This document shows positions 59,201 through 64,000 of a stretch of DNA of 64,000 bases, piece by piece (within the stretch, counting starts at the first letter, position 1; each line of letters begins with the position of its first letter). Source of the stretch: Albugo candida (taxonomy: Eukaryota); contig JBDOQK010000003.1 of NCBI GenBank assembly GCA_040437565.1, forward strand, positions 558,001-622,000, written 5' to 3'. The notes under the pieces were generated by a model. That model was not told the DNA's origin. It did no database searches and saw only the letters and a program-made list of their open reading frames with translations. A program made the position numbers and the translations under genes.

Positions 59201-62200
59201 CGAGGTGCATTTTGAGACTAACGAATGGCGCAATTGGACACAGTCTGTGCCTCAAGTTGATTTGGAAAGCCATCGCGTCTTAGCGACCGATGTTGTCGTA
59301 CCGACTGTGGATACCGTTCGTCATGTGGAAGTGCTACGCGGATGGCTCTCTCAACACCGCCCATTGATCCTTTGTGGTCCTCCAGGAAGCGGGAAGACTA
59401 TGACGCTGACCTCTACTCTCAGCTCATTGCCTCAATTCGACTTTGCGAGCTTGAATTTCTCGTCTGGCACAACGCCAGAGCTTCTGCTGAAAACATTTTC
59501 TCAATATTGCGAGTACAAACGAACACCCAATGGCATGATTCTCGTTCCCAATTCGCCTGAAAAATGGCTGGTCGTGTTTTGCGATGAAATCAATCTTCCC
59601 GAAGCGGACCGATATGGAACCCAGCGAGTGATTACTTTTCTGCGTCAAATGATCGAACACGGAGGATTTTGGCTCGGGTCCAAGGTCTGCTGGGTCACCT
59701 TGCAGCGTATACAGTTTGTAGGAGCATGCAATCCTCCGACCGATCCTGGACGAGTGCCTCTATCGTTACGTTTGCTTCGACACGCACCTGTGCTCTTAGT
59801 GGACTTTCCAACAACGACGTCACTGAAGCAAATATACAAAACATTCAATCGAGCTCTTTTAAAGCTCACTCCATCGCTCAAAGCGTATTCTCAGCCGTTA
59901 ACGGAATGTATGGTGGCGATCTATCAGGAGAATCAAAATCGATTCACCACGGAGCTGCAGCCTCATTATATCTATAGCCCTCGTGAGCTGTCTCGATGGA
60001 TGCGGGCACTGTATGAAGCTCTAGAGCCACTTGAATTTGAGCTTGATATTGAGAATCTCGTTCGATTGACATTTCACGAAGCATTACGTCTGTTTATGGA
60101 TCGATTGGCAACATTCGAAGAGCAACAGTGGTGCTTCACAACCATCAAAGAAATCCTGCGTCATCATTTCCCACAGACAGCGACATCTCTGAATGCGATT
60201 GATCACAAGGGTCAAAATCCCATTCTTTTCAGTTCGTGGCTCTCGAAACAATATGTCGAAGTGAATATCGAAGAATTGCGAAAACACGTCGAGGCAAGAC
60301 TCCGAGTTTTCTATGAAGAAGAATTGAACGTACCTCTCGTGGTGTTTGACTCCGTGTTGGATCATGTGCTTCGTATCGATCGAGTCCTGAGGCAGCCACT
60401 GGGCCACCTTTTGCTGGTCGGTGAGAGCGGAGCAGGAAAAACAGTCTTGTCACGCTTTGTCAGTTGGATGAATGGAATGTCAGTCTTTCAGATCAAATTG
60501 ACTTCGAGGTACACGCTGGAGAATTTCGATGAGGATCTTCGTGTTGTTCTCAAACGATGCGGCTGTGATGGCGAGAGAATTTGCTTTATCTTTGATGAGT
60601 CCAACATTCTTAGCTCGGCGTTTCTGGAGAGGATGAACGCCTTGCTGGCTTCAGGTGAAGTACCCGGTCTGTTCGAGGACGAAGAGTATGTCTCCCTGAT
60701 GCATGCTTGTCGTGAAGCTGTACAACGAGACGGTGGTATGGTCGAGAACACAGAAAGCGAGCTATTTCGATATTTCACCCGCCAAGTCCAACGGAATCTT
60801 CACGTCGTATTCACAATGAATCCAGCCTCTGGTGACTTTCAGGATCGCCAGAAAACATCGCCGGCTTTATTCAATCGATGTGTCGTCGACTGGTTTGGAA
60901 CATGGAATGATAGAGCATTAGCTCAGGTTGCTCAGGAATTCACAAAAACGTTGGATTTACCGTCAACAGACCTCTCGATGCTTTCGACACAAGCACAAGG
61001 GATCCTTGCAGAGCTCTTACCTGGTCAATCGATGAACGGATTGCGTGAAGGACTGACAGGCTCCATCGTGGAGGTACATCACGCGACTCTGCAACTGATG
61101 CAACGACTTCGAAAACGACATCTGCCATTCAATCACATCTCTCCACGCGATTTTCTCGAATTCATACGTCAATTCGTATCGCTGTATAACGAGAAACGCT
61201 CTTTGTTGGAAGACCAGCAATTGCATTTGAACATTGGAGTATGTAAGCTGCAAGCGACTCACGAACAAGTAGCGGAATTACAAGGACAATTGAGTCTGAA
61301 GGAGAAAGAGCTGAAGAAGAATAACGAAGAAGCAAATAAAAAGCTGCAGCAAATGGTGAAGGAACAAAAAGACGCTGAAGAGAAGAAACGCGATACCGAG
61401 CAACTGGCTACGGATCTCGGTCAACAGGATGAGGAGATCACCAAACGGAAACAAGTGGTCGAGGCTGATCTAGCGGAAGCCGAACCAGCGCTTCTGGATG
61501 CTCAGCAATCGGTGAATTCTATCCGAAAGAGTCAACTCGATGAAATTAGGGCGTTGGCTCGACCTCCAGCAGCGATTCGAATGACACTCGAAGCTGTCGC
61601 ACTCATGCTCGGAGAAACAAGCTTGGACTGGGCAGATCTACGAAGATTTATCCGTCGAGATGATTTCATATCACAAATTGTGAATTTCGATTCCGAAAAA
61701 CTCACTCAGAAACAACGGAATGTCATTCGGACAAATTATGTCGAAAAACCCGATGAATTCGACTATGAAAAAGTGAATCGAGCCTCGAAAGCGTGTGGCC
61801 CTCTGTTTAAATGGGTAGTGTCACAATTACACTTTACAGAGATACTTCATCGCATCCAGCCACTTCGGAATGAAGTACAGTCTCTTGTGGACAGATCTGC
61901 CACTCTTCGGGAACAATATCAAGCAGCAAAAGCTATGGTCGATGAGCTCGAAATTCGCATTGAAAAGTTCAAGCAGGAATACGCTTCCCTTATCAATGAA
62001 GCACAAAAAATATCAAACGATATGGAACAAGTAAATCAGAAAGTGAATCGATCCGTAGCACTGCTCGACAGTCTGCTGCATGAAAGCGAACGCTGGGGCT
62101 CGAGTGCTGACGGCTTTGAGCTGCAAATGGCCACATTGACTGGAGATACGCTGTTAAGTGCAGCGTTTTTGACATACATTGGGTTTCTTGATTTTCAGCA

Positions 62201-64000
62201 ACGCAAGATACTCACTCAAGACTGGCGAGATATCTTACAGAGCTTTGGCATTCACGTCAAGGACGATTTGAGCTTTGTCGATTACTTATCCCGACCACAA
62301 GATCAGCTCGAATGGCAGCAGAGTGAATTGCCAACTGACGAACTCTGCTACGAGAATGCAATCATTCTCCAACGCTTCCGACGATTTCCATTGATTATCG
62401 ATCCTTCCGGACAAGCAAATCGATTCATCACACAGAATTACGCACGCAAAACGAACACGAAAATCACTCAGACATCCTTTTTGGACACCTCGTTTATGAA
62501 GGTACTGGCCAGTGCCATTCGATTTGGGACTGCGTTACTGGTGCATGAGGTTGAAAATATCGATCCGGTGCTGAATCCGGTTTTGAATCGAGAATTATAC
62601 AAGACTGGAGGCCGAGTGTTGATTCGTCTTGCTGGTGAAGAGATCGACTATTCTCCAGATTTCAGGCTGTTTCTCATCACACGCAACCCAACATGTCGAT
62701 TTCCCCCCGACATTTGCAGTCGTGTGACATTCATCAATTTCACTGTCACGCCAAGCTCTCTGGAAAGTCAGGCGTTGAGCATACTGATGAAAAGCGAGGA
62801 GCCCGAAGCGGAGCGTAAACGAACAAGTTTACTGAAAATGCAAGGAGAATATCAGGCCAAACTTCGAGAGCTGGAAGACTCTCTACTGCAGCAAATCAAT
62901 AATGTCCAAGGAAATATCTTGGATGATAACAGTGTGATCAACTCTCTAGAAGCAATGAAAGCGGAAGCCGCGCAAATAACAAGCCAGGTTTCCGACACAC
63001 AGGTCACGATGAAGAGCGTCGAACAAGCTACCAACCGGTATCGCCCACTTGCTAAAGCTTGCTCAAAGCTGTTCTTTGCGTTGGAGAGCATGTCCATGGT
63101 ACATTTTCTATATCAATTCTCGCTCGAGTTTTTTCTCGACATGCTATCGCTCGTACTGGGAATTGATGGAAGTTGCGAGTTGACTGGAACACATACGGCG
63201 GATGCTGATGTCTCAAGGCTTAACAAGCTTTCCGCATTGCTCTTCAGAGTCGTGAGTTCTCGCGTGAGCCGTGGACTTGCAGAATGCGACAAATTGATGT
63301 TTGCATTACGAATGGCGCAAATTTACATCGATTTGAAGCGAGATACAATCAAAGTTGACGGTGGATCAATGGAGCCAACTCACTTTGATGGTCCGACTGA
63401 TTTTGAATGGGAATCGCTATACAACAAAAGAACTTTGGCGTTACGAAGTGATGCTATCGAGGAAGAGCTCGGAGCTCTAATGGAAGGTCCAAACGAGCAG
63501 AAGAAATGGCGTCAATTACTACGAACGAATTTGTTTGAGAATTTGCCAAGTCATTTGAAACAAAATGCTCATGAATGGACCAAATTTATAAAGCATGTGG
63601 CCCCGGAAGAGAACATTCCAAGCGGATGGGATCAGATTTGCGAAATCGCTGATGTCTCATCCATCCGTGCGGCCTTTAGAGATCTGATTTTGATTCACTA
63701 TTTACGACCGGATCGAGTGACAAAAGCCGCTGAGAAATTTATCGATCGTACATTTGGCCGAGATTTTCCCTGGAGAGGCGAAATTGAACTGCAGAAGAAT
63801 GTATCTACGGATACAAATGCAAGACGTGGTATACTATTATGCTCCACAACGGGATATGATGCAAGCTCTCAAATCGATGGACTCGCCGCACATCTCAACA
63901 AGAAGCTCACGTCTGTGTCTATGGGCTCACCGGAAGGCTTTGATCTGGCAGAGAAAGGATTAAATACCGCACTCAAACAAGGGTCATGGCTGTTACTGCG
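50232..64000 (+). CDS. DYNC1H1: Cytoplasmic dynein 1 heavy chain; introns 50908..50962 and 51228..51279; truncated by the window end
   Basis: Tail motifs ELELALLQYQQNIEIPEV and DIPPVSGAIMWARQI. P-loops GPAGTGKT, GPSGTGKT, GPPGSGKT and GESGAGKT, stalk with EPAL...VNRASKACGPL, and AAA5 PLIIDPSGQA. Confidence 0.96.
56225..58406. repeat. Gap-flanking direct duplication 56225..57265 / 57366..58406 inside dynein
   Basis: 1041-bp copies around an N100 gap. Collapsing them restores one AAA1-AAA2 region. Confidence 0.9.

Noticed and set aside
1-64000. tRNA, rRNA, CRISPR arrays, intact transposons and prokaryotic operons
   Set aside because: None recognised by eye. The window is intron-containing eukaryotic DNA with no transposase or reverse-transcriptase motifs in the ORFs. 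The many short antisense ORFs within long genes are shadows.

Overview
This is a eukaryotic, gene-dense scaffold with short (about 50-70 nt) GT-AG introns and oomycete-type INR/FPR and CCAAT promoter motifs. It is most consistent with a compact oomycete genome such as Albugo (inference). Twelve 100-N gaps are present. Eleven are flanked by direct duplications and one by a 620-bp fold-back, so apparent gene duplications here are probably assembly artefacts. Genes from left to right: GT71 mannosyltransferase; a DUF2062-like pseudogene; an FHA-WDR70 spliced fusion; MARCH6/Doa10-type RING-CH E3 ligase; a candidate structured ncRNA; class II CPD photolyase; a MYND-finger plus 5xPDZ protein; a hypothetical protein; DNAJB12-like J protein; an EF-hand plus EML5/6-like protein; a divergent eIF1; a FAM210/DUF1279 protein; then a gene-sparse block holding a secreted cysteine-containing protein and a decayed LRR gene; a FYVE-J-FYVE-PX coiled-coil protein; a RasGAP-domain gene; and cytoplasmic dynein heavy chain, which runs off the right edge. 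The best leads are an eIF1 whose acidic loop 2 is charge-reversed and whose start codon is in strong context, and an unassigned, strand-biased, highly structured RNA candidate of up to about 450 nt lying head-to-head with the photolyase. Several novel-looking domain fusions are also reported.
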